This document shows, piece by piece, positions 30,993 through 38,343 of a stretch of 64,000 nucleotides of DNA. The notes under the pieces are model-generated. The model was not told the origin of the DNA. It worked only from the letters and a program-made list of their open reading frames with translations, and made no database searches. The DNA comes from Candidatus Komeilibacteria bacterium (lineage in GTDB: Bacteria > Patescibacteriota > Patescibacteriia > UBA1558 > GWA2-36-10): the NCBI GenBank assembly GCA_018656065.1, contig JABHZY010000024.1, forward strand, positions 75,980-139,979, given 5' to 3'. The first letter of the stretch is position 1, and every line of letters starts with the position of its first letter. The position numbers were made by a program, and so were the translations under genes.

Positions 30993-31376
30993 ATGAGTGA
31001 AAAAGATCTAATAAAAAAAGCTGGTTTAAAAATTACATCTGCCAATATGTCTGTTTTTAAGGCCTTAAAAAATAACCACAACCCCCTATCTGCGAAAGAA
31101 ATTTGGAATGGACTTAATAAAAAAATAAACCTTGTTTCTATATATAGAATATTAGAACGTTTTTCATTAGCTGGACTAATTAATGAAGATACTATTAATC
31201 ATGCTCGTCAAGAAAAAGTATATCACCTCTCCTCTGCTCATCATCACCATATGTTTTGTCAATCTTGTGAAAAAATATTTTGCATACCTTGTAAGTTAAA
31301 TATCGACTTACCCAAAAATTTTAAATTAATAAAACATCAAATCCAACTAACTGGATTATGTAATAAATGTAAATAA
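30993..31376 (+). CDS. zur: Fur-family metalloregulator (likely Zur)
   Basis: Winged helix (SIYRILERFSLAGLI), HHHH and CxxC...CxxC metal sites. Immediately upstream of the ZIP transporter. Confidence 0.75.
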   Translation: MSEKDLIKKAGLKITSANMSVFKALKNNHNPLSAKEIWNGLNKKINLVSIYRILERFSLAGLINEDTINHARQEKVYHLSSAHHHHMFCQSCEKIFCIPCKLNIDLPKNFKLIKHQIQLTGLCNKCK

Positions 31377-31380
31377 AAAT

Positions 31381-32271
31381 ATGTTATTAATCTACATCAT
31401 CGTGGCCACAGTAGCAGTCAGCCTATTGTCACTTATCGGCCTTAGTTTATTCTTCAAAAAAAGATACTCTCAAAAAATAATGGAAGCAACTGTATCTTTA
31501 GCTGCGGCTGTGCTATTAGGAAATGTATTTTTCCATATGTTACCTGAAATAGTAGAAGAATCTCATCATGAAAACTTTGATTTTCAATCTTTGGCTTTTT
31601 GGATGCTTGGTTCAATTGTATTTTTCTTCTTTACTGAAAAATATTTACATTGGCATAATTGTCATCATCATCAAGATCATGGCAATAATAAACACCAACA
31701 CAATGAAAAATGTACTCACCCTATGGGTATAAATATTTTAATCGGCGATGGTCTACACAATTTAATTGATGGTATGGCCATTGCAGCAGCTTTTATGCTT
31801 GATGTTCAATTGGGCGTCTTGGCAACCATTGCTATAGCTCTACACGAAATTCCTCAAGAAATTGGTGATTTTAGTTTGCTTCTATACGCAGGTTATTCTA
31901 AAACCAAGGCATTGCTATGGAATTTGATTTCTGCTCTAATGGCTGTCTTAGGAGGAATAATTACTTATTTCTTTGCCCAAAGTGGTGATACACAACTAAT
32001 ACTGACTTCTATTGCAGCTGGTAGTTTTTTATATATTGCCATGAGCGATATTATGCCCCATCTTCATAATTCAAAAAATAATCATTATAAGGTGCAGGTT
32101 TTATGGTTTGTTATAGGTTTAATATTAATATATTCTATTAATCAATTTATTAGCTTTGGACATACACACGAAGCTATTCACGAACCTAATAATCAAGCTA
32201 TTCACGAACATATCGACGATCATGAGCACGAAGAAAATCATGAAGATGAACATGATTATGACCATCAATAA
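31381..32271 (+). CDS. ZIP-family zinc transporter (ZupT-like) with His-rich loops
   Basis: 8 TM helices, HEIPQEIGDF signature, His-rich segments. Confidence 0.8.
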   Translation: MLLIYIIVATVAVSLLSLIGLSLFFKKRYSQKIMEATVSLAAAVLLGNVFFHMLPEIVEESHHENFDFQSLAFWMLGSIVFFFFTEKYLHWHNCHHHQDHGNNKHQHNEKCTHPMGINILIGDGLHNLIDGMAIAAAFMLDVQLGVLATIAIALHEIPQEIGDFSLLLYAGYSKTKALLWNLISALMAVLGGIITYFFAQSGDTQLILTSIAAGSFLYIAMSDIMPHLHNSKNNHYKVQVLWFVIGLILIYSINQFISFGHTHEAIHEPNNQAIHEHIDDHEHEENHEDEHDYDHQ

Positions 32272-32293
32272 ATAGTTTTCATTTATATAAATT

Positions 32294-32319
32294 AAGGACC
32301 TTTAAATAGGTCCTTTTTA
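32294..32319 (+). terminator. rho-independent terminator after the ZIP transporter
   Basis: aaggacc/ggtcctt 7-bp stem, T-run. Confidence 0.6.
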
Positions 32320-32321
32320 TA

Positions 32322-32350
32322 TTGACAAAATAACTAAAATATGATATAAT
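32322..32350 (+). promoter_or_regulatory. consensus sigma70 promoter (TTGACA-N17-TATAAT)
   Basis: TTGACA 32322-32327, TATAAT 32345-32350; drives the first gene of the GC-rich cassette. Confidence 0.6.
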
Positions 32351-32410
32351 AATATATCTTCAATTGGAATTCGCCGATGAAGATATACCCTGTCAAATGG
32401 AGCAAACAAT

Positions 32411-32872
32411 ATGAATACGATGAAAATCGTGCTCTCCCTGATTATCATGCTGATTTTCACGGGCGTCGTCCTGGCTGATGACGAATCGCTCAGGCCCGAA
32501 CTGAACAACGCCGTCCAGCAGCTGGAAAGCAACTGGAACAGCATGACCCCCTACCAGCGTGGTGATCAAGAGCAGGAAATCGCCAGATTGGTCCTACTGC
32601 CAAAGGACTATATCGGAACCATGTTCAGGTACCACTACCTGTACACCGATACGGCCTACTTCTCCGAATGCCCCGAGGAACGGAGAGATAGGATGTGGAA
32701 CTATATCCTTGAACGGCAGAGGTGGGATACGCATGATATGCAGGTGTTGGCCAACAACTTCTACATTGAAGGCTACCACTTCGAAGCTAGGTTGTTGTTC
32801 AACCACAACCTCGATAGGCTCCAACCTATCAATCCCAACCTCGAACCCGAGGACACCTTGGAACTAGAGTAG
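32411..32872 (+). CDS. secreted protein of the GC-rich cassette, unknown function
   Basis: Signal peptide MNTMKIVLSLIIMLIFTGVVLADD. GC-rich codon usage unlike the host. Confidence 0.5.
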   Translation: MNTMKIVLSLIIMLIFTGVVLADDESLRPELNNAVQQLESNWNSMTPYQRGDQEQEIARLVLLPKDYIGTMFRYHYLYTDTAYFSECPEERRDRMWNYILERQRWDTHDMQVLANNFYIEGYHFEARLLFNHNLDRLQPINPNLEPEDTLELE

Positions 32873-32900
32873 CAGCCACCAACGCTGCTTCACCCTCTCG

Positions 32901-32930
32901 GATCCCGACCGGAAATCGGGATCTTTTATT
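32901..32930 (+). terminator. rho-independent terminator
   Basis: GATCCCGA/TCGGGATC 8-bp stem plus T-run. Confidence 0.6.
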
Positions 32931-32947
32931 TGTTCTCAGACTTACTA

Positions 32948-32976
32948 TTGACAAAAATAAATATACATGCTAGTAT
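32948..32976 (+). promoter_or_regulatory. sigma70-like promoter (TTGACA-N17-TAGTAT)
   Basis: Same architecture as the tRNA-Gln promoter at 35407. Confidence 0.5.
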
Positions 32977-33025
32977 GACTTGAAACATTAAAATTTCATT
33001 CAATGAAGCTTTGAAGAACTGTCTG

Positions 33026-33071
33026 TATTTGGACGCTTGGACAGTTTGGAGCTAGTAGCGTAACCGGCATT
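33026..33071 (+). repeat. structured leader repeat, copy 1
   Basis: Sequence tatttggacgcttggacagtttggagctagtagcgtaaccggcatt. Contains TTGGAC-gc-TTGGAC direct half-sites. Flanking aactgtc/gacagtt arms form a hairpin. Confidence 0.5.
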
Positions 33072-33195
33072 GTGTAATGAATCTCAACAAATGAGCTTGA
33101 TTTACTTAAAATGCCTGGATGGGTATTTTTTTGTATTTTAAGTTCTTTATACAACATAATAGGAAAAACATCAGTGAGGCAATGAAAAACCGCCT

Positions 33196-33285
33196 ATATT
33201 TGGACGCTTGCACCCGGTAAATTATTCTTAGGAATAAATAAACCGAGGTCAAGGGTGGTTTGGAGCTAGTAGCGTAACCGGCATT
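33196..33285 (+). repeat. structured leader repeat, copy 2 (with a 47-nt stem-loop insertion caccc...gggtg)
   Basis: Same 5' (tatttggacgcttg) and 3' (gtttggagctagtagcgtaaccggcatt) blocks as copy 1. Confidence 0.5.
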
Positions 33286-33310
33286 TAGATGCTTGTTATA
33301 TTTAGTTAAG

Positions 33311-33333
33311 ACGCCTTCTCTGAGGCGTTTTTG
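33311..33333 (+). terminator. intrinsic terminator / attenuator immediately upstream of the REC gene
   Basis: acgcct-tctctg-aggcgt hairpin plus TTTTT, 28 nt before ATG 33361. Confidence 0.55.
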
Positions 33334-33360
33334 TGTTTCCCCCAACAGGAGGTGCCTGCA

Positions 33361-33771
33361 ATGGCCCGAGTTTTCATTTTTGACAACGATCCGACCATGG
33401 CTCTGACTATGGCCTTTGGTCTGGAATCTGAAGGGCACGAAGTCCTGACCAACATCGAGACCAACGAATCTGGCGGACATCACGCTGAGCTGAACACTAC
33501 CAAGGTGATTCGCAAAATGCTCGAGTGGAAACCGGTCCCCGATGTAATTATCATCGAGTGCTTGGAAGTCGACAGCGAACGTTTCATGAGCATCCTCCAG
33601 GGTGCTGGTATGCAGCACCTGACGGTCCTAGCGATGTCACATCGCTATAAGAACAACACTCGCCTGCAACGACTGATGAGTGAGTACGGCGCCTTCTGCA
33701 TGCCGAAACCACTCAACGTCAATAATCTTGTGGAATATGTTCAGGAGCTCTCGACAAGTCCGGTTGGCTGA
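33361..33771 (+). CDS. receiver-only response regulator (CheY-like REC domain, no output domain)
   Basis: RBS GGAGG. N-terminal ARVFIFDNDP and further REC-like motifs. The track ORF 33331-33771 shares this frame. Confidence 0.65.
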   Translation: MARVFIFDNDPTMALTMAFGLESEGHEVLTNIETNESGGHHAELNTTKVIRKMLEWKPVPDVIIIECLEVDSERFMSILQGAGMQHLTVLAMSHRYKNNTRLQRLMSEYGAFCMPKPLNVNNLVEYVQELSTSPVG

Positions 33772-33836
33772 TTTAGCACAGCTTCTCTGCAAAGCTGGGG
33801 GGAATTCCCTAGACGAACGGAGAGGAGGTGATAATT

Positions 33837-33959
33837 ATGTTCAACGCTCTGACTTCGAGGATGATGAAGGGTAAGGGAGCCGTCGTGGTGTGCACGCTGT
33901 GTGTCATCGGCTTCCAGACCCTGAATCTGATTGATCTGTTCTGGTGGTTGCGCAAGTAA
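33837..33959 (+). CDS. micro-ORF A (40 aa), hydrophobic, C-terminal LIDLFWWLRK
   Basis: Strong RBS GGAGAGGAGGTG 6 nt upstream of the start. Paralog of micro-ORF B. Conserved hairpin 33984-34001 follows the stop. Confidence 0.4.
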   Translation: MFNALTSRMMKGKGAVVVCTLCVIGFQTLNLIDLFWWLRK

Positions 33960-34133
33960 CCTCTATGAAGTGTTAACCCCTGTGTCACTCTAAGGAGTGG
34001 CCAACCGGGAGCCTGTCAAAATGCTAATCCCCCCAGCGATTGGCAGGCCCCCACCCTCCTTACCTATAGATTAACTAATATAACTTCTATAGCTGGGAAC
34101 ATATATCTCAAGCTTATAAGAGGAGGTTACACC

Positions 34134-34199
34134 ATGGACTTTGTTTATATCGTAACGGGCTTGTCCCTGATCGATTTGTGGTGGTGGTTACGCAAGTAA
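34134..34199 (+). CDS. micro-ORF B (21 aa), C-terminal LIDLWWWLRK with three consecutive Trp codons
   Basis: RBS AGGAGG. Same C-terminal motif and same downstream hairpin (34223-34240) as micro-ORF A. Confidence 0.4.
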   Translation: MDFVYIVTGLSLIDLWWWLRK

Positions 34200-34299
34200 C
34201 CTAGTTGAGCACTAACTCCTGCGTCACTCTAAGGAGTGACCAACCGGGGATTTGTCGAATAGTCACGTTCCCAGTTATCGACGAATCCCCATCCCCGAC

Positions 34300-34322
34300 C
34301 TTACTCACATGGTGTGAGTAAG
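34300..34322. promoter_or_regulatory. perfect 10-bp inverted repeat (CTTACTCACA-tgg-TGTGAGTAAG), candidate operator
   Basis: Lies 28 nt upstream of the lipoprotein ATG. No T-run follows, so it is not a terminator. Confidence 0.4.
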
Positions 34323-34349
34323 TAACTCCACCTCACAGGAGGAAAAATC

Positions 34350-35057
34350 ATGAAGAAGTACGCATTTCTGACCCTGAGTATCCTGGCGCTTCTGGCCCTG
34401 GGTGCTTGCAGTGACACCGACAAGATCACCGATGTCCAATCGGACAACAACAACCAGCCGACCATTACGGCCGGCGAAATCCACACCGAGTTCCTCGAAC
34501 TGCTCTACGCCGAGAATGACTTCGCCAAGCGCGAGAAGTCAAGCCAGGTCTCGAGCGCCACTACGACGGCCAACGAGATTCTGATTCGTCACGGCCTGAA
34601 GCCGATGTCGGAAGCCGATGTCGAAACGGAACTCCAGCGGGGTCGCGAAATGGCTCAGATGGACCCTGTTCAGTTGATTGAGAGCATCTTGACTCCCGAA
34701 GAACTGATCTGGTGGGATCGTTTCTCTTGGGAAGCCAAAGTTTTCGACGCCAAGAAGGTCTACCGGCAACACTGCAACCTGTACGGTGCCCCTACCGAAG
34801 GCAGCATGCTGAGCAACCTGTTGGACATGAGCCTGTCCTCGGCCGAGTTTTGGGATGTCTACCGTGAAAAGGACATTCCGACTTACCAGAACCCCTACAT
34901 ACCGATGACCAAAAGCTGGCGCGGTGTGCTCCGTTTCGTGGTGGCCGTAGTCGTCGATGGTGGTGCAGGAGCAGCGTGTGCTGCTGGTGGCCCCATCGTA
35001 TCAGGTGTTGTTGGCGGCCTGGCTAGCGCCGGTGCTGACGGCATGATTTTCGACTAG
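34350..35057 (+). CDS. lipoprotein with Gly/Ala-rich hydrophobic C-terminal tail
   Basis: Lipobox LALGAC. C-terminal VVAVVVDGGAGAACAAGGPIVSGVVGGLASAGADG. GC-rich. Confidence 0.55.
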   Translation: MKKYAFLTLSILALLALGACSDTDKITDVQSDNNNQPTITAGEIHTEFLELLYAENDFAKREKSSQVSSATTTANEILIRHGLKPMSEADVETELQRGREMAQMDPVQLIESILTPEELIWWDRFSWEAKVFDAKKVYRQHCNLYGAPTEGSMLSNLLDMSLSSAEFWDVYREKDIPTYQNPYIPMTKSWRGVLRFVVAVVVDGGAGAACAAGGPIVSGVVGGLASAGADGMIFD

Positions 35058-35099
35058 CCACTCGCCTTCAGAGATTCTAACCTTAAACCCTTTAAGGGG

Positions 35100-35336
35100 G
35101 TGAATGCTATGCAGGATTACCTGTTAATCATTCTCTTTTGCATCATTGGTTCCGTCGTCGGTAACTTGGTGCTGAAGAATGATCGTTTTTCCCGTTTCTT
35201 AGGAATAGGCCTAGGATTGTCACCGGCATTTGCTATCATCGAGCATATGCCACTCCTCCTACTGGCCGCCCTGCTCTTCGGTCCGCTGCTTGCTTGGCGA
35301 CGACATCATGTTCGTTGTCAATCTAGCCCGACCTAG
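35100..35336 (+). CDS. small two-TM membrane protein (likely start ATG 35109)
   Basis: SD AAGGGGG 9 nt upstream of ATG 35109. Hydrophobic 70-75 aa. Confidence 0.4.
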   Translation: MNAMQDYLLIILFCIIGSVVGNLVLKNDRFSRFLGIGLGLSPAFAIIEHMPLLLLAALLFGPLLAWRRHHVRCQSSPT

Positions 35337-35355
35337 AGTAGGTCTCAAAGCCCAG

Positions 35356-35395
35356 AAGGACCCGTCACTGCATATGCACACGGGTCCTTTTCTCT
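35356..35395 (+). terminator. strong rho-independent terminator ending the GC-rich cassette
   Basis: 10-bp stem aaggacccgt/acgggtcctt plus T-run. Confidence 0.7.
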
Positions 35396-35406
35396 TATCT
35401 ATAATA

Positions 35407-35435
35407 TTGACAAATTGTCCAAAAAATAGTAGTAT
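35407..35435 (+). promoter_or_regulatory. tRNA-Gln promoter (TTGACA-N17-TAGTAT)
   Basis: TTGACA 35407-35412; -10 at 35430-35435. Lies 22 nt upstream of the tRNA. Confidence 0.5.
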
Positions 35436-35456
35436 ATTACTGCTTTTATTAAACCT

Positions 35457-35530
35457 TCGGAGATCGTCTAATGGTAGGACACCTGGTTTTGGTCCAGGCA
35501 ATCGGGGTTCGATCCCCTGTCTCCGAGCCA
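35457..35530 (+). tRNA. tRNA-Gln (anticodon UUG), CCA encoded
   Basis: Manual fold: acceptor TCGGAGA/TCTCCGA, D-arm GTCT/GGAC, anticodon stem CCTGG/CCAGG with loop TTTTGGT, T-arm CGGGG-TTCGATC-CCCTG, 3' GCCA; 74 nt. Confidence 0.75.
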
Positions 35531-35580
35531 AATCGAGATAAGTTATTACGCACGAGACGCGTAGTATATAATATATTAAA

Positions 35581-35610
35581 AAACAACCACTTTATGAGGT
35601 TGTTTTTTAA
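35581..35610. terminator. bidirectional terminator (A-run, AACAACC/GGTTGTT hairpin, T-run)
   Basis: Serves the tRNA on the plus strand and the 35616-36089 gene on the minus strand. Confidence 0.55.
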
Positions 35611-35615
35611 CTCTA

Positions 35616-36089
35616 TTATTTACAAATACCAGTTGAGCCATATGCATATGTACCAAATGCCATACCACCCTCGCTGCGTGCAAAATGACCATTATTTTTA
35701 TCAACATGAAAAATGTCACTAGCACCACTTGAATAAGCTATCATCCCAACTACAATTATATTCTCATCTTCAAATAATTTACTTATCGGTGCCTTGCCTC
35801 CTAGCGAGCCAAGCATTTGCGGATTTTTAGTATTAAGGTCAAGAAGTCCTATTACTGTGCCTACACTATTCTCATTGCTAGAATAAATTATTTCACATGA
35901 TAAATCATTATTCATAATAAAAAATTTATTATCTGGCAAATCCATATAGAGAATATCTCTCTCAATAGGCTCATCAACTCCCCCTCCTTTATAAAAAGAA
36001 ACTACTGCAATAAAAGTTATAATAAGTAGAAAACTCATGACCTTGATAATGGTCATCTTAGTTTTTTTACTGTTTTCTTTTTCGCTCAT
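35616..36089 (-). CDS. hypothetical membrane-anchored protein
   Basis: ORF; N-terminal TM helix. Confidence 0.3.
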   Translation of the reverse strand: MSEKENSKKTKMTIIKVMSFLLIITFIAVVSFYKGGGVDEPIERDILYMDLPDNKFFIMNNDLSCEIIYSSNENSVGTVIGLLDLNTKNPQMLGSLGGKAPISKLFEDENIIVVGMIAYSSGASDIFHVDKNNGHFARSEGGMAFGTYAYGSTGICK

Positions 36090-36103
36090 ATATTTATTTT
36101 AAT

Positions 36104-36718
36104 TTATATGAATTTTTTAAAATCTTCAATTTTTATAATTTTAATTTCTACATTTTTAAATTTAATCTTATTCTGTGGAATATTAATTACAGATTTATGA
36201 CCAAAAATAAGAATTGGTTTAATAAACTTACTAGACTCTTCCCCAAATTTTATATCTTTAACTAAGCTACAATGCATTAATAAATCATTTAATACTTTTG
36301 TATGGTCATAATTAGAAACTTTGAGTAAATTATTTTTAAAGGTTACTAATCCAGCCCAATTTTTTACTTCTATGCCAAAATATTTATTATTTTTAGTTAC
36401 TAAAAAATCTAAATCTCCATATTTAGTATTAATATTTTGTTCGTAATTAATATCTAATTTTTTTAATTTTTGAGCTAGCTGTGTTTCTAAATCAAGACCT
36501 TTGCTATAAGGTGTTTGTTTTTTTATGTATCCTTCTGTAATATTAATTATTGCTATACTAATAATAGCTAATAATATCCCTATTAAAAAACTACCTATTT
36601 GGCTTTCAAATGGATAAATATGTCCTATAAAAAATGCACATACTATTAATAAAGCCACTATAAAATTATTATAGAGCTTATATTTTGTAATTTTACCCTC
36701 TAGATAATCGTTTGCCAT
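36104..36718 (-). CDS. NERD-domain (nuclease-related) protein with two N-terminal TM helices
   Basis: Motif GLDLETQLAQKL...YGDLDFLV...FGIEVKNWAG matches the NERD signature. Confidence 0.6.
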   Translation of the reverse strand: MANDYLEGKITKYKLYNNFIVALLIVCAFFIGHIYPFESQIGSFLIGILLAIISIAIINITEGYIKKQTPYSKGLDLETQLAQKLKKLDINYEQNINTKYGDLDFLVTKNNKYFGIEVKNWAGLVTFKNNLLKVSNYDHTKVLNDLLMHCSLVKDIKFGEESSKFIKPILIFGHKSVINIPQNKIKFKNVEIKIIKIEDFKKFI

Positions 36719-36725
36719 ATATTTA

Positions 36726-36965
36726 TTAAAAAATAATAATCACATTTATTGCTGTAGCTACGATTAGAAGAATTGTAAGTCCAATCATAATCCAAGACTG
36801 AATGGTCATAACCCTTGATTGTTTGTCTAACATTTGCGCAAGACCTATCATAGCATAAGCACTCGCTTCACTAGTTCTATTTAGTATTTTATTATCTTCC
36901 CTAGAATAATAATCATCGTTCATAGTTTCTAGTAGTTTTTTGGCTACTTTAGTTTCTTCATTCAT
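36726..36965 (-). CDS. hypothetical small TM protein
   Basis: ORF, 79 aa. Confidence 0.25.
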   Translation of the reverse strand: MNEETKVAKKLLETMNDDYYSREDNKILNRTSEASAYAMIGLAQMLDKQSRVMTIQSWIMIGLTILLIVATAINVIIIF

Positions 36966-36974
36966 ATACCTATT

Positions 36975-37277
36975 TTAATTATTTTTATCCACCAAAATAA
37001 AATAAAAAATTACCACTACAATATCAAGCATTATCCACAAACTTTTTTCATACAAATGAATCGGTAAAAATGGATTAAACAACGCAGCGATAGCAATAAG
37101 TAACCAAAACCAACCATCTGTTCTTTTCTTAATCCCATACAAGGTATAGGCATAAAAAGCGGATACACCTGTTACAATAAATTTTAAAAAATTATAATAA
37201 CCATAAGGAACATCAAAAAAAGATACTACAATTATTATTGTTGCTATTATTGCTGGAGTTTTGCTAATTTTTTTCAT
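36975..37277 (-). CDS. hypothetical membrane protein
   Basis: ORF, 100 aa, 3 TM. Confidence 0.25.
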   Translation of the reverse strand: MKKISKTPAIIATIIIVVSFFDVPYGYYNFLKFIVTGVSAFYAYTLYGIKKRTDGWFWLLIAIAALFNPFLPIHLYEKSLWIMLDIVVVIFYFILVDKNN

Positions 37278-37286
37278 AAATTCTAA

Positions 37287-37781
37287 TTATTCTTCAGAAA
37301 TATAATCAATAATACTTTTAAATGTAGAAAAATTATCTGAACTATCTGCATCTTCAGAAATTTGAGCACAAATCATTATCCAAAGTTGCATATTTTTTTT
37401 AGTATTATCTTCACCTTTAAACATTTCTAATAAAATTTCAATTTTACGTTTTTCTAAGCCAAGAACCACAGAACACGATTCAATTAATTTATCCGCGTTA
37501 TATTCTCTGTCATTTGAAGATACATCCCATATTATAATTGTGTTCCATATATTTTTTAATTTATTAGAATTCAAATCAGATATACTTGTTCGAAACATGC
37601 CTTCATCTGGATGAAACATTATCAAAATCATTTGTTGAGCTAAAAAGAAACCCCTGCGTATTATATTCTGCGATGGAGTATCACTTAAACCAAAAATCTT
37701 AGAATCTAACTCATTGGACATTGGAGTATTTATAGAGTTAAATTTATAAATTTTACCACTTAAAGCGCTGAATAATCCCAT
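37287..37781 (-). CDS. hypothetical protein (MGLF paralog 1)
   Basis: Shares the N-terminal MGLF and the F(F/L)xxQM(I/T)L block with the adjacent gene. Confidence 0.3.
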   Translation of the reverse strand: MGLFSALSGKIYKFNSINTPMSNELDSKIFGLSDTPSQNIIRRGFFLAQQMILIMFHPDEGMFRTSISDLNSNKLKNIWNTIIIWDVSSNDREYNADKLIESCSVVLGLEKRKIEILLEMFKGEDNTKKNMQLWIMICAQISEDADSSDNFSTFKSIIDYISEE

Positions 37782-37786
37782 ATAAT

Positions 37787-38332
37787 TTATTGATTATTTT
37801 TTATATATGTATAAACACCATTTGTTAATGTGTTGGATAGTGTTGTAATCAAATACATAGCAAAAAAAGGATCTAATTCATCCACATAACCAAACTCATG
37901 CATAAAAAGTCTTGTATATTTTATTGCGTACTTACTAGATTCCTCTTCTGTTGAAGGAAAATTTTTAGATAGATTATTATACTTAGATAAGTCTTTATCT
38001 GTGAAATCAAAAACATTTTTAATATGATCCAATTTTATTACTCCAGATCCATGATTTTTGTAACTTAAAAAATAGTACATAAAACATAGTTTAAAAAGAT
38101 TCTTTACTGTTTCTTTATCTAGATTATCCTTTTCATTTGAAATATAATTAAAACCTTCGTCTTTTTTTTCTAAAAGTAACTCCAAGGTCATCTGTGCTCC
38201 CATTAAAAAAGCTTCAGAAAAAATTTCAATATGCCTGTTATTTGATTCTCTGGGAATCCTTTTAATATAAAAACTGATTATACTATCAATTTCATCAATT
38301 TCAGAAAATTTATTTTTTTTAAATAACCCCAT
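37787..38332 (-). CDS. hypothetical protein (MGLF paralog 2)
   Basis: Tandem paralog of 37287-37781. Confidence 0.3.
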   Translation of the reverse strand: MGLFKKNKFSEIDEIDSIISFYIKRIPRESNNRHIEIFSEAFLMGAQMTLELLLEKKDEGFNYISNEKDNLDKETVKNLFKLCFMYYFLSYKNHGSGVIKLDHIKNVFDFTDKDLSKYNNLSKNFPSTEEESSKYAIKYTRLFMHEFGYVDELDPFFAMYLITTLSNTLTNGVYTYIKNNQ

Positions 38333-38343
38333 ATAGTCTATTT

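Noticed and set aside
32317-32872. Track ORFs 32317-32544 (-), 32559-32867 (+) and 32594-32824 (-)
   Set aside because: Alternative frames of the GC-rich secreted-protein gene 32411-32872. High GC inflates the number of open frames. Only the frame with a signal peptide and RBS is kept.
33106-33874. Track ORFs 33106-33618 (-) and 33680-33874 (+)
   Set aside because: They overlap the repeat leader, the REC gene and the RBS of micro-ORF A. They lack an RBS and are explained by GC-rich sequence.
33984-34001. Hairpin after micro-ORF A as a rho-independent terminator or sequestered RBS
   Set aside because: No T-tract follows. Although the loop contains AAGGAG, no correctly spaced start codon lies downstream. 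It is kept only as a conserved RNA structure of unknown role.
34301-34772. ORFs 34301-34486 (-), 34402-34584 (+) and 34539-34772 (-)
   Set aside because: Out-of-frame or antisense overlaps of the lipoprotein gene 34350-35057.
35230-35722. ORFs 35230-35541 (+), 35259-35531 (-) and 35471-35722 (+)
   Set aside because: They span the terminator, promoter and tRNA-Gln gene. This is tRNA and regulatory DNA, not coding.
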